DNA from: an uncultured euryarchaeote
GTDB taxonomy: Archaea > Thermoplasmatota > Poseidoniia > Poseidoniales > Poseidoniaceae
Length of the DNA stretch: 64,000 nucleotides
Assembly: GCA_937915175.1 (NCBI GenBank)
Contig: CALDNA010000057.1
Location: 3,328 to 67,327, forward strand
Direction of reading: 5' to 3'
Shown: positions 47,601 through 57,274 of the stretch, piece after piece
How positions within the stretch are numbered: the first letter of the stretch is position 1
How the letters are laid out: each line of letters starts with the position of its first letter
Program-made: the position numbers and the translations under genes
The notes under the pieces: model-generated
What the model was told of the DNA's origin: nothing
The model's input: the letters and a program-made list of their open reading frames with translations, nothing else
Databases searched by the model: none

Positions 47601-50600
47601 GGTCGAGGGGAACGGTGTTGGAAGCGTCTGCCAATATGATTGGCATGCCGGGGTGCGTCATGTCGCTGATGTCGAGGGATTGAAGGTTGAATCCAACGCT
47701 TAGTGGATCGGCCTTGCGAAGTGAGAACCGTTCCATTTCGGAGTATTGAGCGTTGTTTTCATAGCCAAAGAGGCCGATGTAATCGGTTGTCAGCCAGATG
47801 GCGTCGGTTGTGATTGTACCGCCTGTCATCCCAGGGCCTTGGAACATCTTGAGGGTTGCATGCGTTGGGGTGCGAGCGCTCAGAATTGAGGCGCCATTTT
47901 CACCAATGGCAAGGACATGATCGCCATCGCTGACCATCTTCTGTATGGGCCACCCAGCAACTTGGAAGGACGGAGCCCCATCTTCAAATTGATTGGATTG
48001 TCCATTGTAATGCGTCATTGGACCGATGTCTGTTGCAATATGCAAGCCCCACCAGTCTGCAGCCAAAGCATCAACAGTGTTTGAGGACAGTTGATCGAAT
48101 TTATGCCAGGTGACGGCGTTTGTTGATGCGTCGAGGCTGGTGACGCCAGGTCGTTCTGATCCCGCACCATCGTGGCCGATGAAGAGGGAAGTGGAAGTTG
48201 ATGAAGTGCCATTGACAACAGTGGTGGTGACAGCAGTGGTCAAGGATTGTGCCGAGGTTGCCATGAGGCCAGTGCCACTCGAATAGAGGGTTGTTGCGTT
48301 GGTGAGCGTGTCCATTTTGACGACACCCGCTGCTGTAGCAATCCAGAGGTCGGTCCCGATGATCTGAACGTCCTCGACTACATTTGTTGGTAGCCCATCG
48401 CTTGTTGTAAGCGGGTTTGCCCAATCCGACAGTGCGTAGTCCCATCGCCCAATCCCTCCGTTGGTTGCGATGTAGAGCATGGTTGAAGATTCAGTGAATG
48501 CGTTGATGTTGTTTGAGGGCAGGCCGCCAAGCAATCTGCCGTTTCCGAAGCCTGTGTTCGGGTCGTACACCTGGACTCCAGCCGCTGAACCTGAACTACC
48601 TTGCAATCCGATGACGAAGGTGTTTCCATAGGCGAAAAGCCCATCCATGTTGTTGTGCAAAGCACCGCCGACTCGACTGAGTACGCCGGTTAGCGTGTCG
48701 AGTTTGTAGAGCCCTGTCGGGGTTGTCGTGATGTAAAGGTCAGTGCCCATGAGTTCCATGTCTTTGACCACAGTGTTTGCAATCATTGTCCATCCTTGCT
48801 GCCAATCCATCGTTCCATCGGCTTGCCGCTCACCCTGAAGCAATCCAGCGCCTGCCGAGCCGCCTTGTCCGAACCCTTGGATTGCGCCTTGAGTTGAGAT
48901 CCATAGGTGCGTGCTGTTGCCAGCCATGCTGGTCACTTGACCGCTTACAAGCCCTGGGAAGTCCAGCAACGTGTTTTGCCCCAGCGAATTGATGGTGTCG
49001 ACATGGCTGTATCCAGATGAACCACCAGCTTGCCCAATCAACCACTCATTGGTGAGCCATTGGAAGGAAGTCACCGAAGAGCCTTGTCCGTTGAAGGCAA
49101 CTTGTGCAGTGGAGCCGCCAGATGTTGCAACAGCGCTGTAGCCTCCTCCGATGACGTTGTCCCCGCTTGTACCTATGCCATGGCCCAGCACAAGCATGCT
49201 GTTGGAATAATCAATAGCGTCCCACCAAACACGATCGCTCGGTAAGTTGTGGTTTGCTGTGGTGATTGGATTGAGCCAAGTATTGGAGGTGTAACTGTAC
49301 TTCTTGACGTCTGCTTCATCTTCATAGAAGGCCACATAGAGGGTGTCTGCGCTGTCACATGCGACACCAGACACTTCGCCATAATTCTCGTTCCAGTCAG
49401 CTTCTCTAAAGGTGGCCAAGAAGGAATCATTTGCCATATCAAATCGGGCTACGCCTCCATTGTTTGCGTAAATGCCAATGTGGACAATGCCTGCACACTC
49501 GGTCATTGTAATCGGGTAACCATTTGGTAATCCGTTGGATCCGGTTTCGTAATTATTCCATGTTGCGCCATCCCAATGGGAAATGGCGCCGTTTCTGAAC
49601 TGGCCGAATTGACTCACTTCACCGCTGCCAACAACCAAGTCTGTGCCGTCGGTCCACAGCTCGTAGATTTGGTCGCCAGCATCATTGGGTAGGCCTGAGC
49701 CAGGTGTCCATCCAGACAACCATTGGCCTGCAGATTCATCGTACCTTGCGACGCCATCCTCGGTTGCAAACATCACTTCGCCGTCGTATTCGATGATCTC
49801 ACGGATTGGGAACTCAAAGTCACCATCGTCCCATTCACCGAGCAGTGTTCCATTAGCGTCCATGTATTGGAGGGAATTTTCGCCCCATGAAACCCACATG
49901 TTTCCTGTTGAAGATTGGTAAGCTGTGACGCGGTCCACTTGCCCAATTGGCAGAATGTTTTCGCCCCACGAACCGTTGCTTGTGTTGAATTGTGCGATGC
50001 CACCAGAGCCATCAACCTGCCACCAATTTTGAGAGGCTACGCTGATCATGATGATGTCGCCGATAAGGTTCATTCCATTGACATCGCCGTTGTTCTGGCC
50101 CACCTGTGCGCCAGCATCAAGGGCAGAAAGGGAAGTGAAATTTTGAGCATCAAACCGATACAGATTATCGCTGCTGGCTCCGTCATGGTAGTACATGATA
50201 TTGCCTTTGAGGATCATATCAAGAGGGTCACCATTTCCAGCAAACAGGCTGCTTGATTTTTCGATGTCATACACTTCGGCTCCTGTCGTAGCGTTGAGCA
50301 ATTGGAATCCATCCTCGCCTCCAATCCAAATGTAATTTGGATTGATATCGGCCGAGATTGCGGTTGCATCCTCATTTCCATCATCGAGTACATTGTCATC
50401 GGTCCACAGGGTGAGCCATTCATCGTTAGGGAGGTCATACCGAGCGATACCAATGCCATCCAAAGCAATGAACGCCACATCTCCAATCACCACGACAGGT
50501 GCGTTGTTTGTTTGTTCTCCAGCGGTCCATTCACCGACCACTTCAAAGGGCGAGGTGGTGATGATGCCAACGCCAGAATTCGTTCCCCCGAAGAGGTATG

Positions 50601-53055
50601 AGTTCGAGATGCCGGCACCGATTGAATAGGTCGCCCAATTCGGCATACCGTCGTATACGTTGAGGCATTCATTGATCCCCAAAGTAGCAATGCTGTACTT
50701 GCATACGCCGATGTTGGTGCCAGCATAGAGGCTGCCACCAGAGATGCTAGAAATGGCTACGAAGTCGTAAAATTGTTGAGGGCGTTTGTCCCAAGAGGAC
50801 CCTTGGCCGAACGTCGTCATTTGGTTCCCGTCCCATCGGCTTGCACCTTGTTGTGTTCCAATGTAGAGGTTAGCACCGTCGGACTCGAGAGCGTAGATGT
50901 TGTCGCTGGGTAGGGAACTCGTTGCGGCACCTTGACCGGGGCTGTTGCTACTCGCTGTGAGCGGAATCAGCAATTCGCCAGTGGACAGATCTTTCCGTGC
51001 AACTCCATACCCGGGGATTCCGAAGTACAGAATGTCACCAACAACCGCCACTGGGACCTCGTTTGCCCCATTGACGCCAGTCGAAATCCAGGGCGTGAGC
51101 CAAGTATCGTTCACGATGTGATAACGGAGCAGTCCATCGTTTTGGGTTCCTACATATGCCACTCCATTGTGGAGAGCGGCATCGGTAACTGAGCCTGTAT
51201 CCAACACGATGCTTTCGAACACAACAGGTTGAGATCCTGTGAGGTTAATGGCCAAAAATTCGCTGTAAAACTCGTTGAGCACAACGACGGTTGAACCGTC
51301 CGATTGGACGACGGTAACTTCGTTGCTTGAGAGCGCCGTGTTTGTCGTGTCCCACGTTTGGAGGACAGTTCCATTGTTGTGCATTTGATGAGCCCCGTTG
51401 TCTGCGGCAATGTAGACGTGATTGCCATCGTTGCTTAATCGGTTGATGTCGGCTCCAATGAACACCGGTTCAATCCAGCGCGAAGTTTGGGTGTCAAATC
51501 TGTTCAGGTACTGGTCGTCAGTGGCCACAAACAGCACGCCATCAAGTTCAGTGGCGTCAATCATTTGTTCGGTCGTCGGGCCGCTGCCGAGCAACAAAAC
51601 ACCCGTATTGAGGGGGGTTGAGCCCGGCGTAAGTTCCACCAATGCACCGTTCCCATCGCTGAGGAGCATGAGTTCAGAACCCGGGGAACGGGCTCCTGAA
51701 GTTGGCCATAGAATCAGGTCTTGTCCTTCACTTGTCAGGCCGAAATCTTCGATGGATTGGGATCCTGAGAATACATTGCTCGCCGTGTTGTAAGTGTGTA
51801 TTGAATCACCGTTGAGGATGTAGAGTGTGTTCCCAGATTGTGCAAGCCCAGCGACATCGTCACTGGCCAGCCAGTTGCCACTGTTCCAAGTCGAGAGCCA
51901 GAATCCAGAACTCCAATCATAACGAGCCAAGCCTGCATCCGATGAGGCCATCAGGAGTTGATTTCCTGAGACCATGAGTTGAGTGACTTCATCCGAGTGA
52001 AGGCTGTTGGCTGTTGACCAGGTCGAGAGGGATTGGCCCGTGCTCAAGTCATAGCGGCTAACGCCAGTGTCGTCGATCGAGGTGTAGAGGATGCCATTCA
52101 ATTCAATCATGGAGATTGCCTCATTAGGTGAATCCGTGGCTGCTACGCTTACCCAAGCGGCTCCGTTCCAAAGTGACACTCCGTCTTCATTTGCAGCATA
52201 GACATCGCCTGTGCTGGCAATCTGGAATTGATCAAAGTCAACAAATGCGGGGCTGGATGCGTTTGGTAGGACGACCTGAGCGCTGCTGTCATCAAGCGAG
52301 ATTGCGAAAAATCCATCTTCAGCCGTGAGAAAGTGAATCAAATTGTTCGTGGTATCGATTTCCATGTCGAGAACATCGCTCTCAAATTCCATCATGTCAA
52401 TAATCGGCGGGTCGTTGTTGTAATCCAACACCAGAACATCATCGACGATGGCCATGTACATTCGACCATCATCTGGGTGGATTGCGTGTGCACCGATGTC
52501 CAATTGAATTGGTTCAAAGGAGACCGCAGGGTCGACGGGAGCGAGTGCTTCGATGACAAGGTCAGTGATCTCTGCATCAGACGGTAAAGTCCATGTTGCA
52601 CCAGAATCACTGTTGGGTGAAAGTCGGCCATCGTATGGGTTGGGGCCTGTGAATGAATCAGCCGAGCCAAACATGCCAAGGCCGCGCCAATCAAGGAGGT
52701 TCACTCCGATGTCACTGGCCACAAGCATTGGTTCTTCGATCATCAAACCGTCACCGCCATCGACTCGAACTTGGAACGAAACGTTCGACAAATCAGCTCC
52801 CGGCGCGAATTCGAGTGTCCAAGAGGCCGTTGCTTGCCCGCCGGTGTCAGGATTTGCTCCGAGGGCATCGAGTTGAACCCACTCCGTGTCGTTGCTGCCC
52901 GATTTGGGCCAGATGGTGTCGAAGGCAGACTCATGGGCTGAAACGCCCGGGAGCGCCATCATCGGGGCGACCGATGAAAGCAACATCAACATCACGAGCA
53001 ACAAGGCCTTCTTGCCGGCCGAACCGGAGGAAACGGAGGTCACAAGTTGCTTCAT
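44674..53055 (-). CDS. Giant (2793 aa) cell-surface protein: signal peptide, many propeller-type (Reg_prop-like) repeats, five FN3-like modules, one TM helix and a Pro/Ala/Gln-rich cytoplasmic tail
   Basis: Signal peptide KKALLLVMLMLLSSVAPMMALPGVSA. Recurrent units are of the type LPS[DN]N[IV]..L....LYI[AG]T..G..R[WY]D. FN3-like modules start with D.P.DDGG. The TM is LLAAGLFLTAIILFVAVV (about 45028-45090). The tail is 117 aa (44677-45027). Confidence 0.9.
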   Translation of the reverse strand: MKQLVTSVSSGSAGKKALLLVMLMLLSSVAPMMALPGVSAHESAFDTIWPKSGSNDTEWVQLDALGANPDTGGQATASWTLEFAPGADLSNVSFQVRVDGGDGLMIEEPMLVASDIGVNLLDWRGLGMFGSADSFTGPNPYDGRLSPNSDSGATWTLPSDAEITDLVIEALAPVDPAVSFEPIQLDIGAHAIHPDDGRMYMAIVDDVLVLDYNNDPPIIDMMEFESDVLDMEIDTTNNLIHFLTAEDGFFAISLDDSSAQVVLPNASSPAFVDFDQFQIASTGDVYAANEDGVSLWNGAAWVSVAATDSPNEAISMIELNGILYTSIDDTGVSRYDLSTGQSLSTWSTANSLHSDEVTQLMVSGNQLLMASSDAGLARYDWSSGFWLSTWNSGNWLASDDVAGLAQSGNTLYILNGDSIHTYNTASNVFSGSQSIEDFGLTSEGQDLILWPTSGARSPGSELMLLSDGNGALVELTPGSTPLNTGVLLLGSGPTTEQMIDATELDGVLFVATDDQYLNRFDTQTSRWIEPVFIGADINRLSNDGNHVYIAADNGAHQMHNNGTVLQTWDTTNTALSSNEVTVVQSDGSTVVVLNEFYSEFLAINLTGSQPVVFESIVLDTGSVTDAALHNGVAYVGTQNDGLLRYHIVNDTWLTPWISTGVNGANEVPVAVVGDILYFGIPGYGVARKDLSTGELLIPLTASSNSPGQGAATSSLPSDNIYALESDGANLYIGTQQGASRWDGNQMTTFGQGSSWDKRPQQFYDFVAISSISGGSLYAGTNIGVCKYSIATLGINECLNVYDGMPNWATYSIGAGISNSYLFGGTNSGVGIITTSPFEVVGEWTAGEQTNNAPVVVIGDVAFIALDGIGIARYDLPNDEWLTLWTDDNVLDDGNEDATAISADINPNYIWIGGEDGFQLLNATTGAEVYDIEKSSSLFAGNGDPLDMILKGNIMYYHDGASSDNLYRFDAQNFTSLSALDAGAQVGQNNGDVNGMNLIGDIIMISVASQNWWQVDGSGGIAQFNTSNGSWGENILPIGQVDRVTAYQSSTGNMWVSWGENSLQYMDANGTLLGEWDDGDFEFPIREIIEYDGEVMFATEDGVARYDESAGQWLSGWTPGSGLPNDAGDQIYELWTDGTDLVVGSGEVSQFGQFRNGAISHWDGATWNNYETGSNGLPNGYPITMTECAGIVHIGIYANNGGVARFDMANDSFLATFREADWNENYGEVSGVACDSADTLYVAFYEDEADVKKYSYTSNTWLNPITTANHNLPSDRVWWDAIDYSNSMLVLGHGIGTSGDNVIGGGYSAVATSGGSTAQVAFNGQGSSVTSFQWLTNEWLIGQAGGSSGYSHVDTINSLGQNTLLDFPGLVSGQVTSMAGNSTHLWISTQGAIQGFGQGGSAGAGLLQGERQADGTMDWQQGWTMIANTVVKDMELMGTDLYITTTPTGLYKLDTLTGVLSRVGGALHNNMDGLFAYGNTFVIGLQGSSGSAAGVQVYDPNTGFGNGRLLGGLPSNNINAFTESSTMLYIATNGGIGRWDYALSDWANPLTTSDGLPTNVVEDVQIIGTDLWIATAAGVVKMDTLTNATTLYSSGTGLMATSAQSLTTAVTTTVVNGTSSTSTSLFIGHDGAGSERPGVTSLDASTNAVTWHKFDQLSSNTVDALAADWWGLHIATDIGPMTHYNGQSNQFEDGAPSFQVAGWPIQKMVSDGDHVLAIGENGASILSARTPTHATLKMFQGPGMTGGTITTDAIWLTTDYIGLFGYENNAQYSEMERFSLRKADPLSVGFNLQSLDISDMTHPGMPIILADASNTVPLDPTFGVEGTNGIMFQTVPLAFTSPVNNAATWAKSVSLKYNATIELNNNPDFETTMQLAVDNGVIVNGTQFVQLTLRSPANGSMHVRLIYDYVKTETPIVLTDLIDRPDDGGGALMADWSLVHDDDFARYLVYLNEGQFNTNGAPLTNADLTARTADKAISLHSRLSSEVTTANGVTLVDGVEYYAVVVVEYDDGRLGVPSQILGPASPSDEVPLPPIWATAGPHEGGEDGDLDVEWARCTSLDLTQTNIYTSTQPMTDVLGLSPEAEVMRMEGNSTVLSLEPGQPYWLGLTCVDEAGQEDIMNALIVGPFVPTGGLNDNTAPPKMENVAAIDTPDDDGGQITISWDENPAEDCTFYAIFIRLSAGGFDGDSIPSASVEGDQFSQAKIIDDCAETSTTLTSIDGVALQDGQAYYVGVVAYDDWLNANLGDVDLVQVTPLRNTAGIGTTPERISNVQAFDHPDDDGTSVDVLWSISDADDFSHYTVWAADQPLTDLSAAWAAFGENPERCGCLKVNKQWVDEEFNPIEITLTTALYGSEGNMMSITQATPQQIQPDVELYVVVTVHDFAGNVHLTDLTQATVIPMNNEMDVEPPVRLELEALNLYDRPADDGSALLLDFELSDASDVGTYEVYAATWSFTSVGVGTLGPSTPIVTLDRFPQLPLSIDVVAGDTPVIPGQEIWAVVVVRDTSGNAFTTDLVAVSAQSVDDGVDAKGDYLPDVNGVTLTWVDEQSILVSWTLSDDDSIENYVIYIAEEEYSTTLEAIWVADVKSSNSFLITSENFEDLTNATAWYVGVTSQDSLFEKQALTPVKLAPYGADGGDDGDLVQADEGVDYSSLLTTPNLLAAGLFLTAIILFVAVVRTRGTQRNRSKSWELQEATWGIQDDQGWGDAAAPPAASPAAAPQQAAPAAPAQPAGQAENLYAPQANQDIYGRPAYQPSQPVMQPAQNNDLMSDLGIGTTPTQPSNAIDTSFLDDLL
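45190..47310 (-). other. Array of five diverged FN3-like modules within the giant CDS (approximate bounds)
   Basis: Module heads are DRPDDGGGALMADWSLVHDDDFARYLVYL, DTPDDDGGQITISWDENPAEDCTFYAIFI, DHPDDDGTSVDVLWSISDADDFSHYTVWA, DRPADDGSALLLDFELSDASDVGTYEVYA and VNGVTLTWVDEQSILVSWTLSDDDSIENYVIYI. The repeats are at protein level only; no exact DNA repeats were noticed. Confidence 0.6.
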
Positions 53056-53327
53056 GGGTTAAGAGGGGAGTTTTGGGGTATTTGAACGCGGCCCTCAATC
53101 GTGCAATCAAATCTTACTCCTTGCCTCAAATAACCACCCTCCAATCACCGAGGAAAACGATATCTTTCAGCGACTATTTTCACCCGCCAAACTTCGTAAA
53201 AATCTTGCTTCCCCACGGTGGAATTCATCAGTTTGGATGAAATTGATTGGCCCGATTATACCCACGCCCAGTCCCGTACACACACAACACTCAAACCCAC
53301 CACCACATTCGTTGGATTCGATTGCCT

Positions 53328-55649
53328 ATGAACCGCGAGAAGAAAGAGCGCTTGCTGAAGAAGGAAGCGCTTGAGTATCACGAGGCAGAACCTCGGGGTA
53401 AAATCAAGGTGGTCCCAACCAAACCTCACAGCACGGCGCACGAACTCAGTCTTGCCTATTCTCCCGGCGTAGCCTACCCCTGCTTGGAGATCGCTGAACG
53501 TCCAGAAGACGCATACCGCTACACTTCAAAAGGCAATCTTGTCGCCGTGATTTCGAACGGTACTGCCGTGCTTGGCCTTGGAAACATTGGTGCTTTAGCG
53601 AGCAAACCCGTCATGGAAGGAAAGGGGCTTTTGCTGAAAACATTCGCAGACATCGATGTGTTTGACATCGAAGTGGACACTGAAGATCCAGAAGCCTTCA
53701 TCGACACCGTGGTCAACATCGCCAAAACCTTTGGCGGAATCAACCTTGAAGACATCAAAGCCCCAGAATGTTTTGAAATCGAACGGCGGATTGCAGAAGC
53801 CACTGACATTCCAGTGATGCACGACGACCAGCACGGCACAGCCATCATTTCAGCGGCTGCATTGTTGAACGCCGCTGAACTTCAAGGCAAGGAACTCGCA
53901 GAGATCAAAGTGGTCGTAATTGGCGCAGGTGCAAGCGCCATTGCCTGTGCAAACCACTACGTCGCCATTGGCGTGACACGATCGAATATTTCGATGGTCG
54001 ACAGCAAAGGCATTGTGACAAAAGCGCGTCTCGAAGCCGGTGAATTGAATGAATACAAAGCACCATTTGCACAAGACCGTGAACCCGGAGAACTTGCGGA
54101 TGCCCTCAAGGGAGCAGACGTCATGTTGGGCCTCTCAAGAGGTGGGCTTGTCAACAAGGAAATGATTGCAAGCATGGCGGCAAAACCAATTATTTTCGCT
54201 CTTGCTAACCCGACGCCAGAAATTCTTCCAGAAGAGATCCTTCAGGTTCGAGACGATGCCATCATTGCAACAGGGCGTTCCGATTATGACAACCAAGTGA
54301 ACAATGTTCTCGGGTTCCCATACATCTTCCGAGGGGCCCTCGATGTCCGCGCTCGCGACATCACTCAAGGCATGAAAATGGCTGCCACTCGTTCTTTAGC
54401 AGCCCTTGCAAAAGAACCAGTTCCGGATTACATCTCCGCTGCCTATGACGGCGCAGTGATGCAATACGGTCCAGACTACATTATTCCCAAACCCTTCGAC
54501 CGGCGGGTTTTGCTGTGGGAGGCATCTGCAGTAGCGCAAGCGGCCGTTGATGAAGGCGTAGCGGGTGTTCAACCTGAGGATTTTTCAATCAAAAAATACC
54601 GTGAGGAATTGGAGGCTCGACTCGGCCAATCATACTCAATCATGCGCCATGTTATCAATCAAGTTCGAGGACGAGGAAAGCGAATTGTCTTCCCGGAAGG
54701 CGACAATGAAAAGGTGATACGGGCGGCTGCTCAACTCGTGGATCAGAAGATATGTTATCCAATTTTACTCGGTCCCGAAAAGAGGATCCACCGCATGGTT
54801 GAAGAATTGAGCTTGCACTTTGATTACGAAGTTTATGACCCTCGCAAAGACGAGCGAAGGAAGGGTGTTTACTCCGAGTCAATGCTCGACAGAAGGAACA
54901 GGAAAGGCATGACGGTTGCCGATGCGGCGCGCTTGTTGAAATCTCGTCCCTATTTCGCAAGCCAAATGGTTGCGAATGGCGATGCTGACGGGTTTGTTGG
55001 CGGCGTCAGTCGCAATTACGCTGACGTGCTCCGCCCGACATTGGAACTGATTGGTCCAGATGATGATGCCCACTGCATTGTCGGTTGTTACATGATGAAT
55101 GTCAAAGGCAGAACAATCTTCCTCGCCGATGCAACGGTCAACGTGTATCCCGACAGCAGGACGCTTGCCGAAATAGCGGTACAGACAGCAAAGGTTGCTC
55201 GCCGCTTCGGTGTGGCGCCGGTGGTTGCTATGCTCTCCTTCTCCAACTTTGGCAGCAGCCGAGCCCAGCGCTCAGAGCGAATTGAAGACGCTATTTCCTT
55301 CGCTCGCGAACTCGATCCGTCACTTGTCATTGATGGACCAATGCAGGCGGACACTGCGTTGAACGGCGATGTTCAGGGCGAATATCCATTCATGGAGTTC
55401 ACCGGTGCTGCGAACGTGTTGGTGTTGCCAAATCTAGCAGCAGCAAACATCGCTTACAAGTTGCTTGAAGAATTGGGCGATGCTGAAATGACAGGGCCGA
55501 TTTTGGAAGGCATGAGCCAACCGGTTCAGTTGGTTGCTCGTCAAGACGGCGTTCGTCACATTGTCAACATGGCTGCGATTTGCGCTGCAGATGCGATTCG
55601 CCAAGAACCCTATTGGGAAAGCCTTGTTGAACCCGCTGATGAGAAGTAA
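53328..55649 (+). CDS. maeB: NADP-dependent malic enzyme, MaeB type (malic enzyme plus a phosphate-acetyltransferase-like domain)
   Basis: ALEYHE...GKI.V.PTKP, LSLAYSPGVA, the Rossmann motif VVVIGAGASAIA, NPTPEI and a C-terminal PTA-like domain (VFPEGDNEKVIRAA...). The ATG at 53328 (MNREKK) is preferred. Confidence 0.9.
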   Translation: MNREKKERLLKKEALEYHEAEPRGKIKVVPTKPHSTAHELSLAYSPGVAYPCLEIAERPEDAYRYTSKGNLVAVISNGTAVLGLGNIGALASKPVMEGKGLLLKTFADIDVFDIEVDTEDPEAFIDTVVNIAKTFGGINLEDIKAPECFEIERRIAEATDIPVMHDDQHGTAIISAAALLNAAELQGKELAEIKVVVIGAGASAIACANHYVAIGVTRSNISMVDSKGIVTKARLEAGELNEYKAPFAQDREPGELADALKGADVMLGLSRGGLVNKEMIASMAAKPIIFALANPTPEILPEEILQVRDDAIIATGRSDYDNQVNNVLGFPYIFRGALDVRARDITQGMKMAATRSLAALAKEPVPDYISAAYDGAVMQYGPDYIIPKPFDRRVLLWEASAVAQAAVDEGVAGVQPEDFSIKKYREELEARLGQSYSIMRHVINQVRGRGKRIVFPEGDNEKVIRAAAQLVDQKICYPILLGPEKRIHRMVEELSLHFDYEVYDPRKDERRKGVYSESMLDRRNRKGMTVADAARLLKSRPYFASQMVANGDADGFVGGVSRNYADVLRPTLELIGPDDDAHCIVGCYMMNVKGRTIFLADATVNVYPDSRTLAEIAVQTAKVARRFGVAPVVAMLSFSNFGSSRAQRSERIEDAISFARELDPSLVIDGPMQADTALNGDVQGEYPFMEFTGAANVLVLPNLAAANIAYKLLEELGDAEMTGPILEGMSQPVQLVARQDGVRHIVNMAAICAADAIRQEPYWESLVEPADEK

Positions 55650-55651
55650 TT

Positions 55652-56371
55652 TTACGATTCATCGTAGGTGATTGTAGGTCGGCGTGGTCGCCAGAAAGCG
55701 CCGGTTACAAAACCAGCACAGAGCCCGCCAAACAACAGGTTTGCCCACCCGCTTTGGACATAATCTCCCATACCACGCAGCACGGGGATGGTGAATGAAG
55801 GGATAACGCCCAGCAGAAGGGTACAGACCAGTTCAGTCCGAATGTTTGCAGCCATATCTGCGGATTCAGGGACTCGTTTTGGCGCACCCTGTCGGACAGG
55901 GGAAATCACCAAACGGGCCACAACCCCCGCAATGGGGCGGTCGAGTGGAACACTCGACAATGCAGTGATGCCTTCTTTGGAAGGGTGGGTTTCAATGGCT
56001 GCTCGGTGAAGCGCCATCGGCCCTAAACTTTCGAAGCGACGTGGGCGTCCGTCCATCATCGCTCCTCGGTAGTTGGAGTTCACGGCGTCTGCGAGTACTT
56101 CGATCTGTTTCTTCTCGAGGCCCAAGCCAATCGCTGAATCAGCGCACCTCCATTCTGATTCTGAGGGACAGCGCACCTCCCACTGAACATCTGAATCAAG
56201 CCCTTCGACGCTCGATAGAGCGCCATCATTGCAGGCGCCCATGATGTGCTTCAGTGCTTCTGCATCGATGTTAAACAGGCTTGAGTCATCTTCGCCATCT
56301 TGGCCTTGCAACATTCGTGCCTGCCCGTTTGTTAACGGAGCCTCCATGATGTAATATTCAGGTAATTTCAC
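55652..56371 (-). CDS. Hypothetical protein with C-terminal membrane helices
   Basis: A soluble N-terminal half is followed by LVCTLLLGVIPSFTIPVL and ANLLFGGLCAGFVTGAFW. No secure family motif was found. Confidence 0.5.
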   Translation of the reverse strand: MKLPEYYIMEAPLTNGQARMLQGQDGEDDSSLFNIDAEALKHIMGACNDGALSSVEGLDSDVQWEVRCPSESEWRCADSAIGLGLEKKQIEVLADAVNSNYRGAMMDGRPRRFESLGPMALHRAAIETHPSKEGITALSSVPLDRPIAGVVARLVISPVRQGAPKRVPESADMAANIRTELVCTLLLGVIPSFTIPVLRGMGDYVQSGWANLLFGGLCAGFVTGAFWRPRRPTITYDES

Positions 56372-56494
56372 TTCATGGCGTGGACGCTGTCCAGCGTAAA
56401 TCCATCCGCCTTTGTCGCTTCCAAGCAGCGTCGTCGTTGCCTCAATTCGGGAAAAGCGAATTCCTGAAAGCGTTACCGATCCCAGGTGAATCCC

Positions 56495-57274
56495 TCATTG
56501 AAGTGTGCCCATCATTCGTTGGTACCAGACCATGCCTTTCTCGTGGTCCTCAAGCAGTTTGAACTGCGGGAAAGGGGAGATTGAGCGCGTGTAGCCAAAC
56601 ATGGCAAAGTCCACCAAATCCGGTTCAGCCCCACCAAAGAAAGGCTTACCGTCGTGCTGATCTGTGAATTCAGTGAGCAAGTCGTGCCAGAGTTTTTTTG
56701 GAGTGCGACCGTCTTTCTTTACCCGCTTTCGAGCAATGATGCCCCACATGATTGGAAACCCTGCCCAGGCATAGAGTCGCTTGGAAAAGAATCCAAACTT
56801 TTCAAGTTTTGAGATTCTCGTCGTGGTCTTTAGAGCAGCACCAAGTGTGCCGTAGAGAATTGGTACTGTGGCCTTGGAAACGTTTGCATCAGCCCAATCA
56901 AGCCATTTCTTCTGGCGCTCAGCGTCGCCCATCGCTGCCATTTTCCCGTCGTTGTAGGTCGCATCGATGTGAATCATGAGCGGTGTGGAATCCACCACGT
57001 GGTTCCCATTTTCGCCTGTGAACACAGGCACTTTGCCCCAATCGCCGGCGAAGGCCACTTCTTTCTTGATTTTCATACCATTGACCCCGATGTATTCAAT
57101 GTCCATGCCGAGGTGCTCGGTTAAACTTCGAACCTTCCAACAGAATGGGCATGTGAAGAGCATGTGGAGGGTTGGAGTTTGACCCATGAAGAGGCCTATC
57201 GCCGCCCCTTCTTCAAGCCTCGTTATCAGCGCTGGAAGCAGGTTTCCATCCTGATTTCCAAAAATCAAGGTCAT
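56495..57274 (-). CDS. Glutaredoxin/GST-like protein with a CPFC motif (mPGES-2/Grx2-like fold)
   Basis: LHMLFTCPFCWKVRSLTEHLGMDIEYIGVN (thioredoxin-fold beta-alpha-beta with CPFC), VPVF and a helical GST-C-like C-terminal half. An alternative ATG at 57187 would remove the overlap with the upstream small ORF. Confidence 0.6.
   Translation of the reverse strand: MTLIFGNQDGNLLPALITRLEEGAAIGLFMGQTPTLHMLFTCPFCWKVRSLTEHLGMDIEYIGVNGMKIKKEVAFAGDWGKVPVFTGENGNHVVDSTPLMIHIDATYNDGKMAAMGDAERQKKWLDWADANVSKATVPILYGTLGAALKTTTRISKLEKFGFFSKRLYAWAGFPIMWGIIARKRVKKDGRTPKKLWHDLLTEFTDQHDGKPFFGGAEPDLVDFAMFGYTRSISPFPQFKLLEDHEKGMVWYQRMMGTLQ

Noticed and set aside
55652-56371. Possible formylglycine-generating-enzyme/SUMF1-like motif (RCPSESEWRCADSA versus RLPTEAEWEYAAR)
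   Set aside because: It is a single short resemblance. The protein is far too short and lacks the other FGE-sulfatase motifs, so it is kept as hypothetical.
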